This document shows, one piece after another, positions 12,604 through 24,744 of a DNA stretch of 64,000 nt. The first letter of the stretch is position 1. Each line of letters starts with the position of its first letter. The position numbers and the translations under genes were made by a program. Source of the stretch: Cetorhinus maximus (taxonomy: Eukaryota); the NCBI RefSeq assembly GCF_964194155.1, contig NC_135906.1:19282001-19346000 (forward strand), given 5' to 3'. The notes beneath the pieces are model-generated. The model was given only the letters and a program-made list of their open reading frames with translations. It did no database searches and had not been told where the DNA came from.

Positions 12604-14764
12604 GTTGGTTTGTAATTTTTTTGAGCCTAATGCATACACAAACTACGTACCCTTGGCATGCCATGCAGCACTGAATTGTGAAATGCTGTTGCTTTCTTGG
12701 ATTGTGTTTTTTGGCATGGCTTTGGATTTTGTTTTGGCTCCCACCCACCTCTCACTTCAGTGCCCTCCTCCCAAAGATTCAAAAATAAGTTATATTAATA
12801 ATGGTTTATTAGTAATTGTGAAAAGTTAATTTAGCAGAACAAGGCTGTGCCTTCCACTGTTCTATCTGCTGTGTAGATAAGTCCAACCAGCCAATTAAAC
12901 CTGCAGAGGAAGGGTTAGCAAATTTCTCTTTGTCCTCAAAGACAAAATCAAAGTTCCAGAAAATGTAAATAAAAGTGAAATACTGCAGATACTGGAGGTC
13001 TGAATATGTATTTTTATATCCTACATTAGACATCCTTTTTAAATGTTTTTCTTGATGATGTGGTAGCTCAGGGACCATCATGTTCTATAAGGTGCTTCTC
13101 AACCATCAGCCTATCTTGATCAACTCTCTAATACTAGCTCCCCCTTTATAAAATCCGCCTTTCAACTCTCAAACCTATCTTTCAACCTTAACACCATCTC
13201 CCCTATCACCATATCCATCTTTCAACAATTAGATTACCAAAAGAAATGGGATTACATTATAGGGAAAGAGATTTTACCATAGGCATTGAAATTGCAGCAC
13301 AAATGTTTACAGGTACATCTTTTTTCAAATGGATGGCTTTTCAGGGCTTTAGAGCCAGAAAACAGTCCTTTTGGCTTCTGTTTCCTCTTCAAGCCTGTGG
13401 ACATCACTCCCTGCTTTGGACCCTTTCCTTGTGTTTGGTCACTGGTCCATTTAAAATTTGTGCACATGTATGACTGACCCACTGCCTCCATGTTACCTGA
13501 TATGAGTGATGGAGATTTTGAAATATCCATGGGTGACTGCTATTAAGAATCCTTCATACATACAGCAATATATTGAAAGAGATCCTGATGCTATATGTGT
13601 CACCTATTGACAACTTAAAATTTAATAATATAACTAAAATAAAATAATGAATATATTATTTGAATGCCAGTTATTAAATATGTTAGGAAGGGACAATATT
13701 GAGCAATGATTCATAGTGTCCTTTCACCTTTTAAGACCAGAGTTGAATCTAGTCCAAATTGATGATGAAGGTCTCTATAATAATGAATTTATCATTGCCT
13801 AGTGTGAAAGGCCTTTCCTTAGTGACAAAAATCTGTTACAAGAGTGGGGTGGTCCTTGCCAATAGGTTGCTGTGTCAGCCTTTTATACTTTATATCTTGG
13901 TGACCAGGCTACTGGAGTGTTGATACCACTTCACATGTGTGGAACACAATAGCCTGTCCAAGAATTCTTGTAGTGCAGTCTTGCTGCTTTTTTTTGTCAT
14001 TCTTTACCAAAGGGTATGATTTGGAAAAGCACCATGAAGAAATTATATAAGCCAGTATGGGCTTTTTTGAGAAGCCCAGGTTAAAAAAAAATCAAGGCTG
14101 CTAGTGCAGGGTAAAAGCAAAATTGAAAAAAGTGAAAAGAAAGACAAGGTAAATGAAGAGCCAGCGGTTAGGTTGAAGGATTTATTTTGATTATATATAT
14201 GTATTTGATTTACTTTTAAGTCTGCTCAACTTCTGTTTTTCTTTGCCATTCTGTGGGTATTTGATAGCTGGGTCATACCACTGAAAAATTCAAGCTGTTG
14301 CATTACTAAAAATGTACATTTACTGCATGCGTTTAAAGAGCTGCCGATTTATCAGTCCACAGCTCTTATCAGGGACTGCTACTGTGTTGTTGCTTTTTGC
14401 AGTTGGTACCCGTGCATGCTCACTGGAGTCTATGGATGTAAATCATAACTTTAAAAGGAATTGTTTTATTTCTGCAGAATGTTTGCAAACCCCACATAAC
14501 GTGCATTTTACTTGCAAGTAGACTCCACATTACGGCTTGCTAGTGTCAAAGAACAGTGCATTTGGTTGTGTTATAAATATATATACATATATACTTATAT
14601 ATATATTTTAACAAGGAAACCCATTCTTTCCCATGATTGGATGATAGCCAGACTTGTTATTTGGGAGTCTTCTTTAAGTGCCATTCTTGTCAAATGCAGC
14701 CAGCAGAGACAAGCAGACATTCATTTTTAACTGTCCTGTTTGTTCATTGACCTCGCTTTTGTAG

Positions 14765-14881
14765 AAAAATATTATCAACCTGAGCTTTCTACGGTTCTTC
14801 CGTGCTGCTCGACTTATCAAGCTCCTGAGACAGGGTTACACCATCCGTATCTTGATGTGGACATTTATCCAATCTTTTAAG
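14765..14881 (+). CDS. CACNA1A: Cav2.1 exon 32 equivalent (IVS4 voltage sensor)
   Basis: 117 nt, tttgtag|...|gtgaga; [39 protein letters not shown]. Confidence 0.96.
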
Positions 14882-15289
14882 GTGAGACAAGTAACAGTTT
14901 TGTTTTCAAACCAGTCCCTCAGATATCAAATCAGATATGTTGGCCGGGGAATTGGGTTTTGCAGAAGGTTAGGCGCTGTTCTTTCCCCTTCGAGAGCTAG
15001 GTTCAAATCCAGTACAGGCTGAAAGAATGAAAGTCTGCCTTAGATGTCGAATTCCATGTTTGGCCATATCTCAATACAACTGGGTACAAGCTCACAGCAC
15101 AGAATGCATCAAGTTGGTTAAGTTCATCAGAGAACTCCTATGATGGCTATCGTGAGAAATTGGAAAATGTTGCACAAGTGCAATTGGTCGGGGGGGGGGG
15201 CACCATTTTGAGGTTGGGTTAGAGTAGAGGGAGCTTTACTGTGTGTAAGCATGCTACACTTATTTGAAAATACTTGATGCTAACATCAT

Positions 15290-15985
15290 GGGGGGTAATT
15301 TTAACCTCCAAAACTGGTGAGTTTGGGTCAGGTGGGAAAATAAAATGGTACAAAAGTTCATTAAAATAAATCTCAGGCCCAAACCCAACCCACCTCAAAT
15401 CAATCCAGTTTCTGTTTTAATGGAGGAGGAAAGGGAGGTGAATGACCAAAGTGCTCCCAGGAGGCATGTTGAATGCTTGCGTTTTAGAAGAGTTCTATCC
15501 ATTAATATTGTCCGCTGGGTTTCCTTGGCCTCTGGAAACCGACTGATAAAAAGAGGTGAGAAGGGCCGGATCCAACAGCTAAGTGCCTTTACAGCACTGC
15601 TTGTGGGCCAAGAGGAGGAGGAGTGTTACCTCCAGGTCTAACTGGCTACCTAGCAAACCCATCCCCACCACCCACCCCCAATCCCCACCTCCAATCCCCA
15701 CCTCTATGATCTTCATCCTCCTTGTAATCTTGCCTGTCAACCACACTCTAACAACGCAAGCCCCCGTAACAACTACCATCTTGACCTCCCCAACTACATT
15801 CTGCACCCCCCGACCTCTTCCCCCTGTGATCTCTATCCACCAGACCAACTGCATCCTTCTGCTGCAGGATTTCCCACTTAGCAGAAGGCAGCATGCCAAT
15901 CAGCTTATCAAGCTAGTTTGATAGGTTGATTGATCTGGGAAACCTGGAGAAAAAATTGACAACACATCCTGCAGTTAAAAATTAT
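15290..15985. mobile_element. Degraded non-autonomous DNA transposon (PIF/Harbinger-like MITE)
   Basis: Starts gggggtaattttaac and ends gttaaaaatta; C-rich interior like other copies in the window. Confidence 0.4.
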
Positions 15986-16261
15986 AGAACATTTGGAAAA
16001 CTAGCATTTCCATGTCCATAACCCTTCCCTCCAACCCTGCTCCAAAAGCACTGCTTGATAAGAATGTGGCCAATATTAAAGTTGTTCCATTCCCAGCACC
16101 AGAATCTCAGAATCTAATTTCACCTGGCAGTTTTCAGCCCAGTAGGGAAACAACCTGGTCAATATGTTTACGGAACTGGAAATACCTTATTAGTGTGATA
16201 CATAATATTTGATTTTTGAGACACTTGGAGAATGGAATGGGTGATTGAATCTATTTTTCAG

Positions 16262-16327
16262 GCATTGCCTTACGTCTGTCTCCTGATTGCAATGCTGTTC
16301 TTCATTTATGCCATTATTGGAATGCAG
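16262..16327 (+). CDS. CACNA1A: Cav2.1 exon 33 equivalent (IVS5)
   Basis: 66 nt, tttttcag|...|gtaaga; [22 protein letters not shown]. Confidence 0.97.
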
Positions 16328-16829
16328 GTAAGACAGAATTTCTTTTCTATTTATAATCTGGAAGAAAAATGTCCAAAACCTTTGCAAATCTGTTTCTAAA
16401 ATGTTACCATCAATGCATTATTTTAACAAAACTAAAATAGGTCCCCTCCTCCCTACCCCCTACAGCTCAGCTGGAAAATATTCCACAGGCTATGAAATTC
16501 AGCAAGAATATCTGAGGCTCAGTCTCGCTACAAGTAGTAGGGCCATTTCAAATTACTCACTTTCAGTGAGGTTACAGCAGTGACATACAGACTAGGAGCT
16601 CCAACATGGCATGTCTCTATTCAGGTCATAAATTTGCCACTTAGTGAAATGTCATAGTATAATCATGAACAGAAGAATGTAAACAGCACCTTAGAACCCA
16701 TATAGAAACAGGCTTTTTTAGCCTGTTCTGTCATTTAGTGAGATCATATCTGATCTGCAACCTAACTTCACATACCCGCCTTTGCCCCATATCCCTTAAT
16801 ACATTTGATCAACAAGATCTATCTATTCC

Positions 16830-17175
16830 GTATACTTACAAAGAATTACTTTGAAGCCCAATGATTGCCATTTTGCACACAAGAAGATCTCTCAAATGGT
16901 AATGAGATGAATAATCAGATCACCTGTTTCTTGGTGGCATTAGTTGAGTGGGGAATGTGGAGATAACACTGGGATAACTCTTTGCTCTTCCCTGAGTAGT
17001 GGAATGGCGGGTAGATGTGGCCTTAATTTAATGCCTTATCTGAAGGATAGCTCCTTTAACTGCCTCAGAAATGCATTAGACTGTCAGCTGATATCATGTG
17101 CCTGGTCCTGAAGTCAGGGCTTGAACCCATGGACTTCTGACTTAGTGGCAGGGATGATACCAATTAAGCCAAGCT
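16830..17175 (-). mobile_element. tRNA-derived DeuSINE-like relic
   Basis: Reverse B-box (ttgaaccc) near 17120 and Deu-domain-like body; resembles the SINE at 45190-46260. Confidence 0.55.
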
Positions 17176-18691
17176 GGCATTTTGGACAAGAAATATTGCC
17201 CCTGAATATTCCTTCCTGTTTAATATAAGTTCATTGCAGCAAGACCATAAACCGAATATTCTTTTAGAATTTTGAATATGAGATTTTATATCTAGGTTAT
17301 GTGTTAAAACATTCATTACTGCATAGAATGTCATTTTGATACAGCAGGGATTGATTGGTTCGTGCATTATATGGATCACATGATGGTGATCCACTGTTGT
17401 AATTGGTTTATAGTAATTTAATGGAATGGCAAGTAGAGGTGCTGGGGCTCTTACAATGAGAACAGATTCCAAACTGAATCTCACTGACATTCACATCTCA
17501 GGTTTTCCTATGGGAATAAACAGCCATTCCCGGGTACATTCTCCATGGCAACGCCTCTACCAAACAGTCTACTTGCCAACCAATCAGCACCCTCTTCTCA
17601 TGCAGTATAAATTGTTCTCTTTGAGATTTGGTAATCTTGTGAGTCTGTCCTGATGAGCGCAAGACAAAAAGTTTCGACAGCATGTCTCTTTTTCAGCAAT
17701 AAACTTCCCTATGTTCAGTGGGGAAGTATGGGTGGAAGGGAAGAAACTGATTCTAGTACTGTTTTCCAACTCTGTTCAGAACATCTGGGAAACCAAACAA
17801 GCTGTAGTGTTGTCAGCACCTTCCAAAATTATAGCTTGCGGATGGACGACTGGAGCAGTCCAATCAGAGGAGAGGGAACTGACCAGTGGGGAAAAATAAT
17901 GTGTTGCAAAGCAAACAGGAAGCCTCAAAATATTGATTTGAAAAATCATAACATATATAGCAACTGAATAATTCAAACCAGGCTGAAATGACAGTCCCGA
18001 TGCTCTGCACAACTTCTACTTGAAATAGGTCAGGGAAGTCTCAATTCGGTTTTCAGTGGGTGGAGCGCACAGTTACAGACTTGATCCTAGGCAATCTCAC
18101 TCAATAAATAACCCCAAAAAGCCAATATCATTAGAAATAAAAATAATCAATTAATTGAGAATGATGCAGAATGATTGAATTAGAATAACCTACCAACAGT
18201 TTTCATTTTTTAAATAGTTCCCTCTTTGATATTACATCTCCTATATCTTAGGGTAAACTGCTAGCAAATGAGATGTAATAAATAAAAATGGGGCAAAAGA
18301 AATTGTGTCAATACCCAGGCCCTGTTGAGTAGCTATTTTTGGTGATTTCCAGTGATTGAAAAGGACAGTGAACAGTCCTACTTAGTTTTGTGGAAATGGT
18401 TGTGGCCTGGCTTACAGTGTGCTGCTTCCATCTAGTGGCTAAATAGAGATATCTAGCTGAACACATCAAACATGCATTATCTCTTTTTCTAAATGGTATA
18501 GGCAGCATTGCGCAATTACTGGGATAGACCTGACTGCTAGGTCTGAGGCCACTCATGTTATCACACTTGCAAACCACTGGAAACTGTGGTAAAGCATACC
18601 ACTTAAAAGGCTCGCAGTGTCTCTTCTACTTTCACAAAAGTAGACTATGCAGACTATGTCTGATGATGAGCTGTCACCAAGGCTTCCAATA

Positions 18692-18832
18692 TGGATGGGC
18701 TAGATACAGGATTGGCTGGATACGGGATTGGGTAGATATAGGGGTGGGCTAATCTACAGGGATGTGTTTATCTACGAAGATGGGCTGGACTGCAGGGATG
18801 GGCTAGGCCACAAGGATGAGCTAGTCTACAGG
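18692..18832. repeat. Degenerate minisatellite, about 18-nt unit
   Basis: About 8 imperfect copies of atgggctagatacaggg. Confidence 0.7.
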
Positions 18833-19719
18833 TTTTCAGTCTTAAAGATACGGAGAGTGGCAGCATAGTGGAGTTGAAGAGTAATATTAGCTATTAAATG
18901 GCAAAGCAGCTTAAGGCACCATATGATTTCCTCCTGCTCTTACTTCTTGTGTCACTTCTTTCCTCCTGTGACCTCAACCACCTGAACTCCTCTGGTATGT
19001 TGACAGACCTCAGAATACTTGTGGTGGGAAAATAAAACCAATTGACTAAAACTGGCCATTGATCTATTTATTTATTTCTGTGCTTTCCCAACTTAAACTA
19101 CCATTTTGATGTTTGATTGTTGGATTATTGAAAAACTTTAGCGTCATTTTGCAAACAGTGATACATTATACCTGGTTCCATGAGTCCTACAGACTCTTTC
19201 ATGCTGCATTCTCACTGTGTTAAAATCAGGTTTTTAACTCTAACCTTTAACTCATTATTTCCCAGAGCCTTAACCTTGTAGTACCTTCCCCACCCCTCAC
19301 TCAGTCTTCCATTCTAACTATAATCTACAGTTTTGCCATCTGATTTACCTGCTTTTAACTGCTTCTCCTCAGCTCTTTTCAACCTTGACAGCCCTCTGTT
19401 AACTTTATGAATTTAAAAAACTTGAAATTCCAAGTCTGTTGAGATCCTGCAAAGATGTAGTTCAGTGGAGACTCTATGCCCTTCCAACCTCACATAACTT
19501 CAATTGCAGAAAGGGATTACAGTCTGTTATAAGACAAAACATCTGAGTTATGACATTCTGGAGCTGTTGCCTGTTGCTAAGTCTTCATTATAAATATTTT
19601 TCCTTTTTTCCCCTATGAGCAGAGTACTTGTGTGAGCACAATGATTAAGATCTCTCAGCTTTAGCACAAGCTGTCTCAGCCCCAACATACCAATCAGTTG
19701 CTCTTACATCAATAGTCAT

Positions 19720-20980
19720 GAGGTGCTTTGAGTGCATTGTGTCAATTGTCTTTTGGATCCTCTTTTTCCACTTATTGATCCGAAGTTTGCCCATCAGCAT
19801 CCTTAGTCAGTGGTTGATGCTGTTCTGACCTTGGTCCATCTGATCCAACAGCATAAGGATAGATTAGACAACTATGCTTGCGCTACCTTTGTTGATTTCT
19901 CTTCAGCTTTTAATACTATACAACCATTCAAGCTTAATGAAAAATTGAAAAACTTTGATGTCAATCCTACTCTCATACTTTGATCAATGATTTCCTTCTT
20001 AACAGGACCCAGTGGGTGTTAGGCTCTGAATAAATCCTAGAAACTATGTTAATGAATACTGGACCTCGTCAGGGTTGTGTGCTGTCACCTTTACTTTTCA
20101 TCCTCTATAAGAATGACTGTTGATCAGGGTATCAGTACATAACAATCCTGAAGTATGCTGATGATATGCTACTTGTGGGTATCATAAGGAATAATGAAGG
20201 AAACTATAGGAACTTGGTGGAGAAGTTCGTAAAATGTTCTGAATGAAAACAAGATGAAAGAACTAGTTATAGCCTTTAAGAAAAAGTCTGTTAATGATAT
20301 TGTTCCTGTGAAGATTCATGATGTGGATATTGAAATAGTTACTAAACACATGTATCTAGGTGTCAAAGTTGATAAGTTGAATTGGAGGGATCAGTGAACA
20401 GATGTGGTGGCCAAGGGACACACAATTATACTACCTCAGAAAATTAAAATCCTTTCAAGTAGACCCTACAGTCATGAAACTCTTCTTTCCGGCTGCAGTT
20501 GAGAATGTTATCCTTTTTGGATGTCTCGACTGGTACTGTTGTCTTAGGAAAGCAGACTCTTTAAGGGTACAGTGAGTTTGGAACGGGCAGAAAAGGTATT
20601 TGATGAAAGTAAAGAATGTCGTGAACAATGAGAATCACCCCTTGTTTCAGTATTACTGCTGGTTGTGTTCAGGTGAAAGGCTAAAATCCCTCAGATGCAG
20701 GACAAATCGGGCCCTGAATTCATTTGTGCGCTTCCCTGTACAAACTTTCAACAGAAATTTGATGTATTGATGAGAATATGCACTCGGGGTGGGACTCGAT
20801 GTCGGATTATTTTAACACATTGGAATAGTTTTACTACATATTTTCATTAAAGTTAGGTCTCTGATAGGGTGATTTTCTTTCTTTATTGTTATCATTCATT
20901 TATATGTAATTTTTAACAAACGAGCAATGCACCTGAAATGAATTTCCGTATGGATAATAACATGAAATTGAAATTGAAAT
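19720..20980 (+). mobile_element. Degraded Rex1/Babar-type LINE, 3' part
   Basis: FVDFSSAFNTIQP, QGCVLSPLLFILY, LKYADDMLLVGII; ends with a (GAAATT)n tail. Confidence 0.8.
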
Positions 20981-21001
20981 AAACCTTGCTTCATTTTGCA
21001 G

Positions 21002-21099
21002 CTATTTGGAAATATTGCAGTTGATGATGATGAAGATAGTGAAATTAATCACCACAACAACTTCAGAACATTCTTCCAAGCCCTGATGCTTCTCTTCCG
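21002..21099 (+). CDS. CACNA1A: Cav2.1 exon 34 equivalent (IVS5-P loop)
   Basis: 98 nt, ttttgcag|...|gtaaga; [32 protein letters not shown](R). Confidence 0.96.
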
Positions 21100-21746
21100 G
21101 TAAGAAACATCAACTTTATTTGCCTCTTAATTTCTCCTAATGTCTACTGAGGGACAGGTTCCATAGATACCATGTACCTCTCCAGTACCTCTTTTCATGC
21201 AGCCTAGGTAGTGACTGTCAGCAGGCTATCAAAGTATAGAAGGTACCACAGCCAACTCCAATTCTGTCCTCACCTGCCATGTAGACACGTGCACTTTTCA
21301 GCAACAATCCATTGTGTAATGATCAAGAGCAGGAATATTGGCAAATCCAGTTCCATCTTTCCCTAGCTGATGAAGCCTCCATTCTTCCCCATACCCCTCA
21401 GTGCTGCCCTGGCTAACTCAGCCCTTGCTAACTCAGCCCAGGCCAGGGGTTGAAACTGAAATTCCTTGATCTGTAGAGCTCAGCATGACAGCACATTTAC
21501 CCACTGAGCTATCACAGAGAAGGACTCAGACTGGACGATTCCTCCTGTTAGTAAGTCTACTGTTCTGTCCCAGTGCACAATTTAAGGAGAAATCCCTGAC
21601 CCAATGTGCCTAGAAGAGGCCTCAAATTTTACCTAGAATTGGGAATCACTTGTACTGGGGCTTTTATCAAATTGAAGCCTTTCAGGTGAGTTACTAAGGG
21701 AAGGGTGTGAATTCCCAATTGGTTTTCATCCATCCTTCCTGACTGC

Positions 21747-22282
21747 AATCACAGAATCACAGTGCAGAAGAGGCCCTTCGGCCCATCGAGTCTGCACCAA
21801 CACGTGAGAAACACCTGACCTACCTACCTACCTAATCCCATTTACCAGCACTTGGCCCATAGCCTTGAATGTTATGACGTGCCAAGTGCTCATCCAGGTA
21901 CTTTTTAAAGGATGTGAGGCAACCCGCCTCCACCACCCTCCCAGGCAGCGCATTCCAGACCGTCACCACCCTCTGGGTAAAAAAGTTTTTCCTCACATCC
22001 CCCCTAAACCTCCCGCCCCTCACCTTGAACTTATGCCCCCTTGTGACTGACCCTTCAACAAAGGGGAACAGCTGCTCCCTATCCACCCTGCCCATGCCCC
22101 TCATAATCTTGTACACCTCGATGAGGTCGCCCCTCAGTTTTCTCTGCTCCAATGGAAACAACCCAAGTCTATCCAACCTCTCTTCATAACTTAAATGTTT
22201 CATCCCAGGCAACATCCTGGTGAATCTCCTCTGCACCCCCTCCAGTGCAATCACATCCTTCCTATAATGTGGCGACCAGTCC
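21747..22282 (-). mobile_element. Young 5'-truncated CR1 LINE
   Basis: Uninterrupted ORF2 C-terminus (ORF 21832-22290, [22 protein letters not shown]...GYGPSAGKWD), 3' UTR and tail. Confidence 0.93.
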
Positions 22283-22323
22283 TGTAACAAGATTTTATGT
22301 GTATTTTTTTATGTGTATTTCAG

Positions 22324-22474
22324 GAGTGCAACAGGGGAGGCGTGGCATAGTATCATGTTATCATGCTTGGGCGGCAAACCATGTGATACGCGATCTGGCA
22401 TTGTAGGAAACGAGTGTGGCAATGAGTTTGCCTATTTCTACTTTGTCTCCTTTATTTTCCTCTGTTCCTTCCTG
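22324..22474 (+). CDS. CACNA1A: Cav2.1 exon 35 equivalent (domain IV selectivity filter and IVS6)
   Basis: 151 nt, atttcag|...|gtaagt; [50 protein letters not shown] with the pore glutamate in TGEAW. Confidence 0.97.
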
Positions 22475-23124
22475 GTAAGTATCGAGTGCACCGCATTTCT
22501 TTTCAACCTCATTATTTTAATAACTAAAAACAGAAAATGTTGGATATATATAGCAAGTCTGTCAGTATCTGTTCTGGATGTGCACCCTTCACATCAGAAG
22601 CACTAAACAAAACATCCTACTTAAGATCCTGATGACCGGTTATGTATTTCCAGCTTTTTCAGTTTTCTTCTCTATTATTACGCCACTGTTGTCTCAACAA
22701 GCTAATCAAGTTAGCTTTTTATAGTTAATGAGTCTATTTTCAAAAATGATTTCCATGATTCCCAGAGTGAAATATGATAAACTTCATTTCTGTCACTGTT
22801 GATGTAGTTTGGGGCACTGGGTGGTGCCGTGAGCTTGCATGTAACCATTTCACTTCAGGGACCTGAGTTCTAACCTAGCCATTACTTGTGGGATGAAAGT
22901 CTCTGTTTTTCTGTAGGCTTGAAGGATTTTTCTTGAAATCAGCTTTGAAAATTTTGATCCAGGAAAGAAGTATTTGATGGACATTTCCATGTTTTATTTA
23001 TATACCTCACTGATCATGATATGCTTTACTGGTATTTTTTATGTAAATTTCTCCTCTTCCCTCCCCTGTAGACAAGATTCATGCTAAGTCATTGGTCAGT
23101 TAAGTAGTGAAGATTATTATCTGA

Positions 23125-23255
23125 AAAGGAAGAATGTGCAGGGCTACAGGCAGAAGGCGAGGAGGGGCACTAGGTGAATTGCTACTTTAGAGAACCAGCT
23201 CAGACATGATGGGCCAAATGGCCTCCTGTGCCGTAACCATTCTGTGATTCTATGA
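23125..23255 (+). mobile_element. CR1 or CR1-mobilised SINE 3' end
   Basis: gatgggccaaatggcctcct...ttctgtgattctatga tail. Confidence 0.7.
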
Positions 23256-23616
23256 AATGAGGATGGATGAATATTCTGGAGTTGTATGATATCTCTGAGG
23301 ATTAGAGAATATTTTCCTTCCCTTAGGAGATTTAATGGGTGTAGCATCCATGATAGAGTAGATTGTAGATGATCTAAGCAAGAAGCAGGACTGAGTGGTT
23401 CTTCATTCTCTTTCGCTGCTGCCTTACTTTATAATTATACTACCTTGGTCTGATGTCATAGCTAAGATTCAGAATTCTCTACATGTGAATCCTGTGTCTT
23501 TCTTTTATGTGGCAGAACATGGGTCCCTGCTCTTTCAGTTGACTGTTAAACAGTTAATAACTTGTAGTTAATTAATGCGCACCCCAGTTTATGCTTCTTC
23601 ACTTTTTATATGTCAG

Positions 23617-23744
23617 ATGCTGAACCTCTTTGTTGCCGTCATCATGGACAATTTTGAGTACCTGACGCGGGACTCTTCCATCCTTGGACCCCATCACCTG
23701 GATGAGTACGTCAGGGTCTGGGCTGAGTATGATCCAGCCGCCCG
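23617..23744 (+). CDS. CACNA1A: Cav2.1 exon 36 equivalent (end of IVS6, start of EF-hand)
   Basis: 128 nt, tgtcag|...|gtaagc; [42 protein letters not shown](R); EYVRVW is Cav2.1-type. Confidence 0.97.
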
Positions 23745-24744
23745 GTAAGCACCTATCATTAGCAAGCTTCCTTCCTCAGAGTTCTGTACCACAGCGTGGA
23801 ATCTGAGCGGATGGGAAATGAGAACTATTAGTTGCATCTGAATTGCAGCCAGAAGCAGTGAGCTCTCACTGTGGACTCACTGCACACATTAAAATTGAGG
23901 CTAACGTGTTCATTTTCAATTCATTTTTTTTTTCTGTAGGTTAGTGACACACTGTTATGAGTCAGCCATATATCCAGGTTCAGATCCAAATGGAGAAGAA
24001 CTGGATGAGTAGCTTTTAGTAAGATACCAACAAACAGCCACACCATCCCCACAGCCCCAACTGGAGATCATTCTCTTTAAACTTTTTAGAAACATCTCCA
24101 GCACCAATGACCGCTCAATTTGAATGAGCATTTCTGGCTTGCAAGTCTAAACTCCAGGTGGTATGAGTAGTGGGGTTAAAATTTAAAAAAATTAAATTTC
24201 TAACATCATGACTATGACTCGCTGTGCAGGTATCTATCTGTATACACCGTGCAACAGAGCTCAATATGTACACTTCCTGCTGACAGTATAGCTGTTTGTG
24301 ATCTCTCGGAGACCCTACAAAAATGTTTCTGGATTTATGTGGCTGCAGAAAGACTAGCTGATTGGTTTTGAAAAAAAAATTTAGAAATCTTTGATTGAAC
24401 TTTTAAACTGACTGCTCTGTGGGCCCCATTTTTCAGGCAGTTGTCTCAATGCCTCTCCATCATAATGAGCGGACCTCAGTATGTTGCTAGAGTTTTCTTC
24501 CTGTTCCCAATCAATGATGGCAATTCACTTCATCTGCCTTTATGGCTTTAATATAGGTAACATGTAATTGATTAAATTTTCAGTGTGTATGAAATCTGAG
24601 TATTAACAGGGCTGAGGCAATTTCTCTCGCTTCTAATGAGTATTCCGGGAAAATGCACATTCCTCTTGTGGCATAGCAATTCCATGCGGACACACATTGT
24701 AATAGAAATAAGAATGCACTTAAAAGCCAAAGTCACAGGATATG

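Noticed and set aside
18692-18832. Repeat array as CRISPR-like
   Set aside because: Degenerate tandem units without unique spacers in a eukaryotic intron
22313-22606. ORF-track entries overlapping exons (also 34215-34409, 44751-44972, 47880-48083) as standalone genes
   Set aside because: They are CACNA1A exons read through into intron; splice sites define the true limits
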